A stretch of 62,000 nt of DNA from Roseibacillus sp. (GCA_002709395.1 PAQU01000054.1:68174-130173), one strand, 5' to 3'; numbered from the stretch's first letter, positions 38,321 to 49,619 are shown. The notes: generated from the sequence alone by a model not told the origin. Numbers and translations: made by a program.

Positions 38321-38668
38321 GGGACAAAAGCGGTTGCAGCACTACGCAAAGCCATCAGAACCGGTTCGGCAAGGCGGCAGGCAGGGAAAGCGGGGTTTTC
38401 CAGTTCCACGGGTGGGATTCCTTGTTCCGGGCGACCCGGGAAAAGAAAGGGCCCATGCTTTTGCCTCGACAGAAAGCCCGGGTCGTGACAGTTGTGCCGC
38501 TGATGAACATTTGGGCCACGGCACTCCTTCTTTCCGTGCTACGACTCGGACGATAGTCCGGGTTCATATGCGTATTGGTCCAGATCCTGTTTCCCGGTTT
38601 TCGGGGTGCACTGTGTCCAATGCGCTTGCCAAGGCCCTGACAAAAGACCAACACCACCGGATCAAACC

Positions 38669-40357
38669 ATGAACACCCAGAACATCCGAAAGTACCGACC
38701 CTTTCCCGAGGTTGGCCTTACGGATCGGCAATGGCCCGACCGGACGATTACCACGGCACCCATCTGGTGCTCGGTTGATCTCCGGGATGGGAACCAGGCC
38801 CTTCCTGTTCCAATGAGCGTGGAAGAGAAGCTGGAGATGTTCGATCTCCTGGTGGAGGTGGGATTCCGGCAGATAGAAGTTGGGTTTCCCTCGGCCTCGG
38901 AGACGGAGTTCAATTTTCTCCGTCGTCTGGTTGAGGACAAGCTGATCCCGGATGAGGTGCAGGTGCAGGTTCTGGTACAGGCAAGGGAGCATTTGATCCG
39001 TCGGACCTTTGAGGCGCTCGAGGGGGTGGAGAATGCCATCGTCCACATGTATAACTCCACTTCCCCGCTACAGCGGCGAGTGACCTTTGGTGACGCGAGC
39101 AGGGAAGATATCCGGAAGATGGCGGTTGATGGGGCGACCATGGTCCGGGAGCTGATTCCGACGGTCCCGGGAACCAGCATTGACCTTGAGTATTCACCGG
39201 AATCGTTTTCTGACACCGAGCTGGATTTTGCACTGGAGGTCTGCGAATCCGTCATGGAGGTGTGGGCTCCTACTCCGGAGAAGCCGGTCATTCTGAATCT
39301 GCCTGCGACGGTGGAATGGACGACACCCAATATTCATGCTGACCAGATCGAGTGGTTCTGTCGCAATATCAGGGAGCGGGAGAGCGTGCATGTCTCGCTG
39401 CATACCCATAACGACCGGGGGACTGGGATTGCAGCAACCGAGCTGGGTCTGCTGGCGGGAGCGGACCGGGTGGAGGGGACTCTTTTCGGCAATGGGGAAC
39501 GCACTGGAAATTTGGACATTGTGACGGCGGCATTGAACATGAACAGCCACGGGATCGAAACCGGACTGGACTTCACTGACCTGCCGAGAATCCGGGAGGT
39601 ATACGAACGAACCACCCGAATGGAGGTTCCCGATCGCCAGCCCTACGCCGGGGAACTGGTGTTCACGGCCTTCTCCGGGAGTCACCAGGATGCCATCAAG
39701 AAGGGCTTTGACCGACGGGGCAGGGACTTGGCGGAGGGGAAGGGAGATATTGTCGAATGGGGCGTGCCCTACCTGACCATCGATCCGGAGGATATTGGCC
39801 GAAGCTATGAGGCAATCATCCGGATCAATTCACAGTCAGGGAAAGGAGGGGTCGCATACATCCTTGACCGTGAATATGGATTCGATCTTCCCAAGACCAT
39901 GCACCCGCAGGTGGGGAAACAGGTCTATGACCTTGTGGACCAGCTGGGACGTGAGCTCAACCCCGGTGAAGTCAGGGATGCCTTCTTCAAGTATTTTGCC
40001 AATGTGGGGGAACCGTTGCATGTGACCGGCTATGAGCTCGACCAGCAGGAAGGCGAGCGGGGAATACTATGTTGCCGGGCAGATATTCTGATCAACGGCG
40101 AGAAACGCCAGATTGTGGGACTGGGCAACGGGCCCATAAATGCCTTCGTCCATGCGCTGGGAGAGGATGGGCACAAGGATTTTGTTCTAACCGATTACCG
40201 CTCTCATTCCCTGCGGGACGGATCCAGTGCGGATGCGGCTGCGTATGTCCAGCTCAAGCACGAGGATGGGCGATTGGTCTGGGGAGCAGGGGTTGACCCC
40301 TCTATCGAGATGGCGGGACTCAAGGCCCTGGTCAGCGCATGGAACCTCCTGCGGTAG
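38669..40357 (+). CDS. leuA: 2-isopropylmalate synthase (long, actinobacterial/yeast-like form)
   Basis: DLRDGNQAL, HTHNDRGTG and a C-terminal regulatory domain. Trimmed to the ATG at 38669 (MNTQNIRKYRPFP...). Confidence 0.92.
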   Translation: MNTQNIRKYRPFPEVGLTDRQWPDRTITTAPIWCSVDLRDGNQALPVPMSVEEKLEMFDLLVEVGFRQIEVGFPSASETEFNFLRRLVEDKLIPDEVQVQVLVQAREHLIRRTFEALEGVENAIVHMYNSTSPLQRRVTFGDASREDIRKMAVDGATMVRELIPTVPGTSIDLEYSPESFSDTELDFALEVCESVMEVWAPTPEKPVILNLPATVEWTTPNIHADQIEWFCRNIRERESVHVSLHTHNDRGTGIAATELGLLAGADRVEGTLFGNGERTGNLDIVTAALNMNSHGIETGLDFTDLPRIREVYERTTRMEVPDRQPYAGELVFTAFSGSHQDAIKKGFDRRGRDLAEGKGDIVEWGVPYLTIDPEDIGRSYEAIIRINSQSGKGGVAYILDREYGFDLPKTMHPQVGKQVYDLVDQLGRELNPGEVRDAFFKYFANVGEPLHVTGYELDQQEGERGILCCRADILINGEKRQIVGLGNGPINAFVHALGEDGHKDFVLTDYRSHSLRDGSSADAAAYVQLKHEDGRLVWGAGVDPSIEMAGLKALVSAWNLLR

Positions 40358-40477
40358 GCCCTGCCTCCGAGGCGATGATATTGAAGGACTTCGGGGGTTT
40401 ACGGGCTGCGCCGGGCTACTAGTTCGAGGGAATGAACTTTTTTGAGTCCACGCCCTCTGGTCTCAGGGAGAGGTTAC

Positions 40478-40945
40478 CTACTTGACCTTGAGCACACCCT
40501 TCATGATCCCGAAGTGACCGGGGAACGTGCACAGGAACGGGTAGTCCCCGGCTGCACCGGCCTTGAAGACGATCGTTTCTTCCTCCTTGGGGCCAAGGAT
40601 TTTGGTCTTGGCGACCACGAGGGCGGCAAGGGCGGGGTCCAGGGGGAGGTAGTCACCGGCCTTGTTCGCCACGCCTCCAATGGCAAATTTCGTAATGTCG
40701 GAACCAGGCTTCAGGATCACCACATTGTGGCCCATGGCCTCCTTGGGAAGGGCTCCAATATTCTTGAAGGTAATCGCAATGGTCTGTCCCGACTTGGCCT
40801 CGATTTCACCCTTGTCGTATTTCATCTGGTCGTTGCCGGTAATAGTGACCTTGACGTCAGCCTTGGCGGCATCGGCCTTCGCATCTGCGAGACTGATTGC
40901 GGTGGTCAACGCTACGGCGGCGGTGGTGAGGAGGAACTTCTTCAT
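40478..40945 (-). CDS. azu: Azurin (type-1 blue copper protein) precursor
   Basis: Signal peptide MKKFLLTTAAVALTTAISLADA. GNDQMKY, LPKEAMGHNVV and the C-terminal FLCTFPGHFGIMKGVLKVK closely parallel classical azurin (GNDQMQF, LPKNVMGHNWV, FFCTFPGHSALMKGTLTLK). All Cu ligands (His, Cys, His, Met) are present. Confidence 0.85.
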   Translation of the reverse strand: MKKFLLTTAAVALTTAISLADAKADAAKADVKVTITGNDQMKYDKGEIEAKSGQTIAITFKNIGALPKEAMGHNVVILKPGSDITKFAIGGVANKAGDYLPLDPALAALVVAKTKILGPKEEETIVFKAGAAGDYPFLCTFPGHFGIMKGVLKVK

Positions 40946-41154
40946 ATCGGCGGGAAGATGGGCCGTGTTTCTCTCTACGCAAGCAAATCTTTCTGGTCCG
41001 GCCGTGCGAGAACAAGGTGCCGTCAAGCTGGGGCATCCGAAGGCGGCCCCTGATACTGGCTCTTCCGGGAGCTGGGATCCTCCAAGGACGGGAGAGCAAT
41101 GAGTTGCAGGCTCATATGATGGGATGATCGGAGCTCTCCGGGTGTAGCCGGGGG

Positions 41155-44100
41155 TCAGGGCTTCATTGCTTTTCGCAGGAAGGGGGAGGTGCGGGAGGTC
41201 TTCGACTTGGCGACCTTTTCCGGGGGACCTTGAACAACGATGCGCCCCCCCGCCTCTCCTGCCTCGGGGCCCATATCAATGATGTTGTCCGCTTCCGCCA
41301 TGATTCCGGTGTGGTGCTCCACGACCACGACGGTATGTCCCTCGTCCACCAGCCGATGAAGTACGTCGATCAGTTTCTTTACATCTTCAAGGTGGAGACC
41401 GATGGAGGGTTCCTCGATCAGGTAGAGGTTGCCCTGGGGCTTCTTCGTCTTTACTGCGGTCTTACTGATCCGGCCGCGGGTGAGCTCGGTGACGAGCTTG
41501 ATGCGCTGTGCTTCGCCACCGGACAAGGTGGGGCTGGGCTGCCCGATCTGGAGATAGCCGAGGCCGGTGTCCCTCAGCAGGGAGAACGTGCGGTGTAACT
41601 TGGCGTGGGCGGAAAAGAACTCGGTAGCCTCATCGATGGTCATGGCCAGAACATCACCAATGGAACGGCCGTTATAGCGGATTTCGAGGGTAGCAGGGTT
41701 GTATCTTTTTCCGTTGCAGGCATCGCAGTGAGTCCAGGTGGAGGGAAGGAAGTCCATCTCAAGCTTGATCCGTCCGTTGCCCTTGCATTCGGGACATTGG
41801 CCGCTTGAGTTGTTGAAGGAAAAGCGTGAAGCCTCGAATCCCCTCAGGCGTGCCTCCGGGAGCTGAGCGAACAGCTTGCGGATTTCGTCGAAGATCTTCA
41901 CGTAAGTGGCGGGACATGAGCGTGACGTCTTGCCAATGGGAGACTGGTCCACCTCGTAGCAGTGCCGGATGGATTTGTTCCCGGAAGCAGAGGCCCAGGA
42001 TTTTTCGGGCTGACGCTTGAACAGCTCTGCGATTGTGCCTCGCATGAGAGAGGATTTTCCACATCCAGAGATCCCGGTGATGACGGTCAGGCACTGGAGC
42101 GGGAGCCGGAGCTCAAGGTTCTTGAGGTTGTTCAGGGAGCATCCCTTCATCCGGAGCCATCCGGTTCTGGCGGAGGCCTTGGGGAGGGGCCGGCGTGCCC
42201 CGCGGACCGGATGGACGAGGGGATGGGCGAGAGCACGTCCGGTGATGGACTTCTTGAGTCTGCGAATTTTCCCGAGCGATCCCGAAGCAATTATCTCGCC
42301 TCCGTCGCGACCCGCCCCGGGACCCAGGTCGATGATGTGTTCGGCCCGCTCCATGGTTTCGTCGTCATGTTCGACCACAAGAAGGGAATTTCCCTTGTCG
42401 CGCAGGGTCTCGAGGGTCTTCAGGAGCTTCTTGTTGTCGCGGGGGTGAAGGCCGATCGTTGGCTCGTCGAGAACATACAGGACGCCCCGCAGGTTGGATC
42501 CGAGTTGGGCCGCCAGACGGATGCGCTGGGCCTCTCCACCTGAGAGAGTCTTGGCAGAACGGTCCAGCTGAAGGTAGCCGAGGCCCACTTCCTCGAGGAA
42601 GTGCAGACGTTGTGCGATTTCTGGAAGAATGTCGCGTGCGATGGTGGCTTCCCTCCCCGAGAACCGGAACTCCTTCACCACGGTTGCGGCTTCTGTCACC
42701 GGGAGGCGGGCAAGGTCCTGAATGGCCCGGCCTTGAATGCGAATGGCCCGGGTTACTTCATTGAGTCTGCTTCCTTCGCAGTCGGGGCAGGGGATCAACT
42801 CGTCCTTGTCGGTTCGGTCGAGCTTCCGGTCAAATTCGATTTCGGCTTCCGTGATGGAATTATAGCCAGTGTTGTTTCGCCTGTTGGGGCGACGCCGGGT
42901 TGCTGCAATCACACCATGACCCCGGCAGGTCTTGCACCATCCCCTTGGGGAATTGAACGAGAAGTGCGCGGGGTCCGGTGCCTCGAAGGAGCGACCGGTT
43001 GCCGGGCTCACCCGGGCTCTTGAGAAGGGGTGCAGATGGTTTTCCTGGTCGAGGATGCGCAGGGTGCCCTTTCCCAGTCGGAGGGCTTCTGTGACTGCTG
43101 CACGGAGGTCAGCAAGGCGGACGCCGCGTCTGGGAACATGGAGAACGAGAATATCGATATCGTGCTCCTTGAACCGCTCCAGTCGCTCGAACCCGGCGAC
43201 CTCGACCCACTGGTTGTCGACGAAAAGACGGGTGTAGCCCTTGCGTCCGGCCCAGTCCGCGACATCGGTGTGGAATCCCTTCCGGCCCCGGATCACGGGG
43301 GCGAGAAGATCGAGGGGGCCTTGTTCCAGTCGGGCGCGGATTGACTTCACGATGGCGTCCTCGGTCTGCGGGATCACAGGTTCTCCAGACTCAGGACAGT
43401 GCTGGGTTCCGAGTTTTGCATAGAGCAGGCGGAGGAAGTGATAAACCTCTGTTACGGTTGCTACGGTTGATTTGCCTCCTCCCTGGGAGATTCGTTGCTC
43501 GATTGCAACCGTGGGAGGTAGCCCCGAGATCCGATCGATATCAGGTTTTTCCATCTGCTCAGCAAACTGCCTCGCGTAGGGCGACATTGAATCGAGGAAG
43601 CGCCTTTGCCCCTCGGCGAAAATGATATCAAAAGCCAGGGTTGATTTTCCGCTTCCGCTCAACCCGGTGACCACCACGAACTTATCGCGTGGGATGGTGA
43701 CATCGATGTTCTTGAGATTGTGTTCCCGTGCCCCGGAGACTCGGATTGTGTTTTCGGAAGGCTCCCTGTCAGAGCTGGCGGGCACTCTCCTGCCGGGGGG
43801 GGCTTTTCGGGCAAGAAGCGGAGCGAGGTAGTGGGCGGTCTGGGTCTTTGTGCTGGCGATTTCCTCGGGTGTTCCAACGGCAATGACCCTTCCGCCCTCC
43901 GTCCCGGCACCCGGACCGATATCAATCAGGTAGTCGGCACTCTTGATCACGTCCAGATTGTGCTCGATGACAAGTAAGGAGTGGCCGGCGTCAACCAGGC
44001 GCTGAAAAACGGCGAGAAGTTTCTCGATATCACCGAAGTGAAGGCCGGTGGTCGGCTCGTCGAGAATGAGAAGCTCTGATGATGCTTTTCGGCTGGAGAG

Positions 44101-46761
44101 GGCCTCCATGAGAATGGTGCACAGCTTGAGCCGCTGGGCCTCTCCTCCGGACAGGGTATTGAGCGGTTGACCAAGACGAAGATAGCCAAGACCAAGGTCT
44201 TCGAGTGGTCTGAGGGCGAGGAGGATCCTGGCCTTGAGTCCTGCTTCCTTGGTAGCTGCTCTCCTGGTGGTTTCCGCGGCGCCCCGGGCGAAGAAGGAGA
44301 GGGCCTCGGTCACGGTCAGCTCCAGAACCTCTGCGATGGTCTTGCCTTCGAAATGGATCTCGAGGGCAGACTGGTTATATCTGGAGCCGCGGCATTCCGG
44401 GCATGTCAGGTAGAGGTCCGAAAGGAACTGCATCTCGACCTTTTCAAAACCATTACCGGAGCAGCGTTCACACCGACCGCTCCCGGAGTTGAAGGAAAAG
44501 AATCCCGGAGTGACTCCGGAAAGCTGTCCATCTGGACTCCCGGCGAAGAGTTGGCGGACGAGGTCGAAAGCTCCAAGATAAACCACGGGAGTGGAGCGCG
44601 GGGTGCGGGAAAGCGGACTCTGATCCACGATCTTCACCCCGGTGAGCTGTTCCGCTCCGGTCAGGGAACTCAGGGGGGCGGGTTCGTCCTGACTTTCCAT
44701 GTGCAGGGCGGTAGCCAGGTTTCGGTAGAGGACATCGTGGACCAGGGTGGACTTGCCGGATCCGGAAACCCCGGTCACGCAGGCAAAGAGGCCCAGCGGG
44801 ATGTCTACGTCCAGCTTGACGAGGTTATGCCGGGAGGCTCCACGGATCCCAAGGTAACCTGCAGGGCTGCGTCGGGCAGAAGGAATGGAAATCGACCGCT
44901 TCCCCAGAAGGAAGGGAATGGTAGAGCTCTCCGGGCAGGACTGGAGGGCCTTGGGCTGGAAGGCCTTGTTTCCCGGAAGGTCCGCAACTATTTCGCCTCC
45001 GTGCTCTCCAGCCCCCGGGCCTATATCGAGGAGGTGATCAGCTGCTCTCATGACGGCTTCTTCATGCTCGACCACGAGGAGGGTATTTCCTTTGTTGCGC
45101 AGTCCCTGCATCACGGAGACGAGGGCCCCGATGTCCCGGGCGTGCAGCCCTACCGTGGGTTCATCGAGAACAAAGAGGGTATTGGTTAGTGATGCTCCAA
45201 GGCAGCTGGTGAGGTTTACCCGCTCGATTTCCCCGCCGGAGAGAGTGCGGGTGGCGCGATCAAGCGTAAGATAGCCGAGTCCCACCTGACAGAGGTATTG
45301 CAGGCGATTGGTGATCTCTGAGAGAACGAGCTTGGTGGTCTTATCGAGGTCGGAGCGTTGACCCTGGATTGTTGCGGGCAGTGCCAGGAACCATTCATGC
45401 AGGTCAGAGACCGGGCGGCTCCAGAGCTCGGGAAGGGTGAGCCCATCAACTTGGAAGCAGAGGGCCTCGGGTTGAAGGCGTGCACCGCGGCAGCTGCTGC
45501 AGGTTGTGTAGGATCGGTACCGGCTCAAAAATACCCGGACGTGCATCTTGTAGGCGCGTCCCTCCATCCACTCGAAGAAGCCCTGCACGCCATACCATTC
45601 GTCGTTTTCCCACGCATCTTCCGGATTGTCGCGCTCGCCATGGAGAACCCAGTTCTGCTCCTCTTCAGTGAGATCGTAGAAGGGGCAGTCGAGGTCGAGG
45701 CCTCGACGTGCCCCGTGCAGTTCAAGATCCCGCTGACATTCCTCCCCGCGCTCTCCCTGGAAGGGTTTCACGCAGCCTTCCCGGATGGAGCGGTGGTGGT
45801 CAGGGATCGCCTTGCCGAGGTCAATGCCGATAACGCGTCCAAAGCCACGGCAATTGGGGCAGGCTCCCACCGGGCTGTTGAAGGTGAAAAGAGATGGAGT
45901 GGGGGGGCGGGCGCTGAATCCGGTCACCGGGTTGGTCCAGTTGGTGGAAAACCCCCGGGGGTGATCCCCTTCTTCTCCGCCTGCGATGGAGCAGGTCCCC
46001 CTGCCAAGGTCAAGAGCCCGTTCGAGCGCCTCGAGGAGGCGCTGCCGATTAGGCTCCTTGATCAGGATGCGGTCCTGGACGACCTGCACCTGGGGTGGGA
46101 GAAGGGCAAAGCCCGCCTCCTCGGGAGCGTCGGTTCGGATCACCCGGCCGTTGAGGTGGATGCGAAGGTAGCCCTGCTGCTGGAGAAAGGAGAAAAACTC
46201 TTCCAGTTCAGCATCAGGTGGGACAGGGACCGGGAACAGGATCAAGGCCTGTTTCCCGGCAAGGGTATCGAGGCACCACGAGGATATGGAGTCACTGGTA
46301 TCGGGCCGGATGAGATCTCCGTTCAAGGGGTCTACGGCATGGGCACATTTCGCATAGAGCAGTTTGAGGTAGTCATTGATCTCAGTGATGGTCCCGACCG
46401 TTGACCGGGTGGTTCGCACGTTATTCTTCTGCTCGATGGCAATGGCGGGGGGGATCCCGTCAATGCGATCGACGGCAGGTTTATCCATGCGGTCAAAAAA
46501 CTGCCGGACGTAGGGAGAAAAGGTCTCGACGTAACGTCGCTGGCCCTCTGCGTAGAGGGTCTGGAAGGCGAGAGAGCTCTTGCCCGAACCAGAGGGGCCG
46601 GTGACCACCGTGAGCTTGCCCAGCGGGATGTCGAGGTCGAGCCCCTTCAAATTGTTCTGGCGGGCTCCGCGGACGAGAATGGCCTCCTTCGTTTTGCTCG
46701 CCGAGTCAGGGGTGTGACGGCGACTGGGTGAAGCAGGTGTGCGTTTCTTGGCAGGGGGCAC
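41155..46761 (-). CDS. Tandem-fused double UvrA-family ABC ATPase (1868 aa)
   Basis: Four Walker A sites ([36 protein letters not shown]) and four LSGGE signatures. UvrA-specific [17 protein letters not shown] / [17 protein letters not shown] and C-terminal zinc modules occur in each half. GTG start. Confidence 0.9.
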   Translation of the reverse strand: MPPAKKRTPASPSRRHTPDSASKTKEAILVRGARQNNLKGLDLDIPLGKLTVVTGPSGSGKSSLAFQTLYAEGQRRYVETFSPYVRQFFDRMDKPAVDRIDGIPPAIAIEQKNNVRTTRSTVGTITEINDYLKLLYAKCAHAVDPLNGDLIRPDTSDSISSWCLDTLAGKQALILFPVPVPPDAELEEFFSFLQQQGYLRIHLNGRVIRTDAPEEAGFALLPPQVQVVQDRILIKEPNRQRLLEALERALDLGRGTCSIAGGEEGDHPRGFSTNWTNPVTGFSARPPTPSLFTFNSPVGACPNCRGFGRVIGIDLGKAIPDHHRSIREGCVKPFQGERGEECQRDLELHGARRGLDLDCPFYDLTEEEQNWVLHGERDNPEDAWENDEWYGVQGFFEWMEGRAYKMHVRVFLSRYRSYTTCSSCRGARLQPEALCFQVDGLTLPELWSRPVSDLHEWFLALPATIQGQRSDLDKTTKLVLSEITNRLQYLCQVGLGYLTLDRATRTLSGGEIERVNLTSCLGASLTNTLFVLDEPTVGLHARDIGALVSVMQGLRNKGNTLLVVEHEEAVMRAADHLLDIGPGAGEHGGEIVADLPGNKAFQPKALQSCPESSTIPFLLGKRSISIPSARRSPAGYLGIRGASRHNLVKLDVDIPLGLFACVTGVSGSGKSTLVHDVLYRNLATALHMESQDEPAPLSSLTGAEQLTGVKIVDQSPLSRTPRSTPVVYLGAFDLVRQLFAGSPDGQLSGVTPGFFSFNSGSGRCERCSGNGFEKVEMQFLSDLYLTCPECRGSRYNQSALEIHFEGKTIAEVLELTVTEALSFFARGAAETTRRAATKEAGLKARILLALRPLEDLGLGYLRLGQPLNTLSGGEAQRLKLCTILMEALSSRKASSELLILDEPTTGLHFGDIEKLLAVFQRLVDAGHSLLVIEHNLDVIKSADYLIDIGPGAGTEGGRVIAVGTPEEIASTKTQTAHYLAPLLARKAPPGRRVPASSDREPSENTIRVSGAREHNLKNIDVTIPRDKFVVVTGLSGSGKSTLAFDIIFAEGQRRFLDSMSPYARQFAEQMEKPDIDRISGLPPTVAIEQRISQGGGKSTVATVTEVYHFLRLLYAKLGTQHCPESGEPVIPQTEDAIVKSIRARLEQGPLDLLAPVIRGRKGFHTDVADWAGRKGYTRLFVDNQWVEVAGFERLERFKEHDIDILVLHVPRRGVRLADLRAAVTEALRLGKGTLRILDQENHLHPFSRARVSPATGRSFEAPDPAHFSFNSPRGWCKTCRGHGVIAATRRRPNRRNNTGYNSITEAEIEFDRKLDRTDKDELIPCPDCEGSRLNEVTRAIRIQGRAIQDLARLPVTEAATVVKEFRFSGREATIARDILPEIAQRLHFLEEVGLGYLQLDRSAKTLSGGEAQRIRLAAQLGSNLRGVLYVLDEPTIGLHPRDNKKLLKTLETLRDKGNSLLVVEHDDETMERAEHIIDLGPGAGRDGGEIIASGSLGKIRRLKKSITGRALAHPLVHPVRGARRPLPKASARTGWLRMKGCSLNNLKNLELRLPLQCLTVITGISGCGKSSLMRGTIAELFKRQPEKSWASASGNKSIRHCYEVDQSPIGKTSRSCPATYVKIFDEIRKLFAQLPEARLRGFEASRFSFNNSSGQCPECKGNGRIKLEMDFLPSTWTHCDACNGKRYNPATLEIRYNGRSIGDVLAMTIDEATEFFSAHAKLHRTFSLLRDTGLGYLQIGQPSPTLSGGEAQRIKLVTELTRGRISKTAVKTKKPQGNLYLIEEPSIGLHLEDVKKLIDVLHRLVDEGHTVVVVEHHTGIMAEADNIIDMGPEAGEAGGRIVVQGPPEKVAKSKTSRTSPFLRKAMKP

Positions 46762-46862
46762 AGGGGGAGCTTAGAGAGCCGGGAGAGCCCTTGACCAGTT
46801 CATTGACCGGCCCCGGGGTTCCAATGGGGGCAGAAGGTTGGGCCCGGAAGAGGCAAGGCCTT

Positions 46863-49526
46863 CTACTCGTCGTCGTCCTCGTCGTCCTCGTCGTTGTCCC
46901 GGCCATCAGGAACTTCCGGGAAATCCCCACTGAGGATGGAGAGGAAGTAGGCCTTCTCGGTGGCTGCGGTATCCTCCCGAGCGAGGTAGGAGGCTCCGTC
47001 GCGGTCTCCCTGGGCCTGACGTCTCCGGACCTCCTTGCCGATCTGGGTTCGGTAACGATCCTGAGCGGTTTCGAAATCGGTTTGGTAGTCCTCCCAGATT
47101 CCTTGCTGCTTCGCGAGGGCCTTCTCATGCTCCTTTTCCAAGGAGCGGCTGAAGCGGCGGGCCCAATCGGGCAAGTCCAGTTGGGCTGGTATTTCTCCTC
47201 GCTCCTTCATGCTGTCGGTTATCCCCTCCACAAGGTTATCTACTTCCCGGCTGAAGCGGCGGGCGGTGCTCGTTTCACTTTCCATGTCACGGGCAAAATC
47301 CTCGATGTTCTTGTCGTGGCGTCGTTTCCAGCGCTCATGGGATGCCTTCTCCCCATCCCGGAAGATCTGGCGATATTTTACCAGCCAGTCCTCGGCACCG
47401 GCAGGGCGGTTGGTTTCGCCGGCTCCCGGCATGTTCCGGCGGGAGGGGGCCGACCACTCGACGAGGAAGAATCCTGCCTCCTTGGACTGTCCAGCCGCAT
47501 TCCGGTAGCCAGACTCTCCTTCTTCCCCGCGCCAGAGCTGAAGGGATTTCTGTGGAACGTCTGCCTCGCCTGGTTGTCCCGGAGCCCAAGTTACGAAATC
47601 GAAACGTTCGCCTGTGACAAAAGTCCAGATGGGGGTGGCCACTCCCTTCTGCTGACCCCCGATCCAGCAGCCTTCCCCCTTCCCGAGTAATCTCAGCACC
47701 GACTCGGCAATCCAATTTGCCTCTTCCTGGCTTGAGGGTACCGCGAGATGCCCTCCGGCGGCCTGGGCAAGGGTGTTGGCCTCGTCCCATGGAACCGATT
47801 CGGGAACGACAAGAAATCGTGACCCGTTGATGTTTTCCGTCCCCGCGGGGAACACGGGTTGCTTATTTTGCAGGGAAGCGGCAACGCGCTCCAGTTGACG
47901 AGCGAGTGATCCGGGGTTGCCTCCCTTGGTCCATTGGAGGAGGAAGGGCAGGTTGCGGGTCCCCGGCAGATCCTCCAGAGCCTGGTTCGGGAGAAGGGCA
48001 GCGTAATCCTCAACAACTGCGGATGAATCGTCGTCGGGCTGACCTTCAGCCCAGAGTTCCTCGTCGGGAGCCGCTCCATCAACCCAGTACCACTTGCCTT
48101 CCATTCCGGAGTCCGAGAGGCCGATCCATGACGGAGTGAGAATCTTCAGTTCGTCAACCGCCCATGCCAGGTCCTGCTTGCTCTCCAGGGTAGCCAGTTG
48201 GGCTCCATGGGCCTCGGCGTAATGCGAGGCGGCCTGCCATGAGCGAGCCTCGGTCATGAGAAAAAAGTGGGAGTCTCCGCGTTTGATCGTTCCCTTGGGC
48301 AGCTCGGAAAGGTCGCCAGCCTTCAGCTTGGCTTGGAGTCTCGCCAGGGCCTGGCTGGCATTTTCGACAGGCTTGGGTTTTTCGGGTTCCGGCTTGGGTT
48401 TGGGCTTATCCTCCTCCTTTGGAGGTTGTACGACGACGGGAGCCTTGGGCTTTGGCTTTGGTTTGGGTTTGGAGACGGGTTTCTCCACCGGAGGGGTGTT
48501 CTCGGTGGTGTCCTTGTCCTTGTCCTTTCCGGAGCCAATCAGCATGAAGCCGAGGACCCCGAGGACCCCCATGACGGCAAGAATACCAATTACCGGGATC
48601 TGCTGTGATTTTGGTGGGGAAGTTGCGAGCGCCGGGGTAGCCCGCATTCCGATCGGGCCTGCGCCGGGGATTGGCGTCGCTGCCGGGGAGCTCTTGGTTT
48701 TACGCAGGACGGGCTTCTTCAGCTTTTCCCCCAGCTGGTCCAGGTCCTTGGCGAGGTCCTCGGCCTTTGCGTAGCGCATTTCCGGCGAGGGGTGTGTTGC
48801 CCTGCGGATGAGAGCGTCGAATTCGGGGTTACACTGTCCTACCACCGAGGGCGGTTGCCACGGCTCGGAGGGAATCTGGGCGGTTAGCAGTTCGTAAAGC
48901 AGGACCCCAACCGCAAAAATGTCGGCGCGCTGGTCAACGCCCCCGGGATTGTTGACTACTTCCGGGGCACTGTAGCCAGGAGTTCCCCAGACAATTTCCT
49001 CAGGGTTGTGCCCTTCGCCCACCGGGCGGGCCAGTCCAAAGTCCCCGATCTTGGGGACGGCTTCGGGGCCGAGGAGGATATTGCCGGGCTTGATGTCGCG
49101 GTGCAGGATGCCGTGCTGGTGGGCGTGGGCCAGTCCGTGCGAAATGCCAGCCACCAGCCGAGCGGCTTCTCCCTGGTCGATGGCCCTGCCATGGGCCGAG
49201 TGGTGGAGAGACTTCCCCTCAACCAGCTCCATGATGATATAGAGCATCCCGTCCGCATCACCGAAGTCGTAGACCGCGATCAGGTTGGGATGGTTGAGCC
49301 GGGCCATCGACTTGGCTTCCGACTCGAAGCTGGACCGGAACTGGGGGTCAGCGCCGAACTGGCGGGGAAGGATCTTGATTGCGACCGGGCGATCGAGAGA
49401 GACCTGTCGAGCGGCGTAAACTGCACCCATTCCCCCCTGGGCGATGAACGCAGTGATCTCGTAAGCCGGGAAGTGCGGCTGAAGCTCCTCGATACTGGGA
49501 GCGCTGAATTCGAGATCAGGGGACAT
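46863..49526 (-). CDS. Hanks-type Ser/Thr protein kinase, single TM, ectodomain with two C-type-lectin-like domains
   Basis: Kinase motifs GGMGAVYAA, AIK, HRDIKPGNILL, DFGLAR and GTPGYSAPE. TM helix IPVIGILAVMGVLGVLGFMLIG. KP/EP spacer. Two W..A...A...GA.LA...S..E..W...WIG...W.W.DG-type modules. Acidic tail. Confidence 0.88.
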   Translation of the reverse strand: MSPDLEFSAPSIEELQPHFPAYEITAFIAQGGMGAVYAARQVSLDRPVAIKILPRQFGADPQFRSSFESEAKSMARLNHPNLIAVYDFGDADGMLYIIMELVEGKSLHHSAHGRAIDQGEAARLVAGISHGLAHAHQHGILHRDIKPGNILLGPEAVPKIGDFGLARPVGEGHNPEEIVWGTPGYSAPEVVNNPGGVDQRADIFAVGVLLYELLTAQIPSEPWQPPSVVGQCNPEFDALIRRATHPSPEMRYAKAEDLAKDLDQLGEKLKKPVLRKTKSSPAATPIPGAGPIGMRATPALATSPPKSQQIPVIGILAVMGVLGVLGFMLIGSGKDKDKDTTENTPPVEKPVSKPKPKPKPKAPVVVQPPKEEDKPKPKPEPEKPKPVENASQALARLQAKLKAGDLSELPKGTIKRGDSHFFLMTEARSWQAASHYAEAHGAQLATLESKQDLAWAVDELKILTPSWIGLSDSGMEGKWYWVDGAAPDEELWAEGQPDDDSSAVVEDYAALLPNQALEDLPGTRNLPFLLQWTKGGNPGSLARQLERVAASLQNKQPVFPAGTENINGSRFLVVPESVPWDEANTLAQAAGGHLAVPSSQEEANWIAESVLRLLGKGEGCWIGGQQKGVATPIWTFVTGERFDFVTWAPGQPGEADVPQKSLQLWRGEEGESGYRNAAGQSKEAGFFLVEWSAPSRRNMPGAGETNRPAGAEDWLVKYRQIFRDGEKASHERWKRRHDKNIEDFARDMESETSTARRFSREVDNLVEGITDSMKERGEIPAQLDLPDWARRFSRSLEKEHEKALAKQQGIWEDYQTDFETAQDRYRTQIGKEVRRRQAQGDRDGASYLAREDTAATEKAYFLSILSGDFPEVPDGRDNDEDDEDDDE

Positions 49527-49619
49527 GGAGGAGTGAACAGCCTATTATGCCTTTCGTTGCATATTTAAGCAAGCGCGGGAAAACGTCATTGCAGGCGATT
49601 TCCTGAGCTCCCCCCGGCG

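Noticed and set aside
38321-38668. Leucine attenuator or leader peptide upstream of leuA
   Set aside because: I found no short ORF with consecutive Leu codons and no terminator/antiterminator pair. Only the inverted repeat is reported, as a low-interest finding.
44167-46404. 340-aa and 348-aa + strand ORFs (44167..45189 and 45358..46404)
   Set aside because: Both are embedded antisense in the continuous 1868-aa UvrA ORF and are typical GC-rich shadow ORFs.
46728-47690. 320-aa + strand ORF
   Set aside because: It lies antisense to the 3' part of the 887-aa kinase gene and the uvrA start region, with no motif support.
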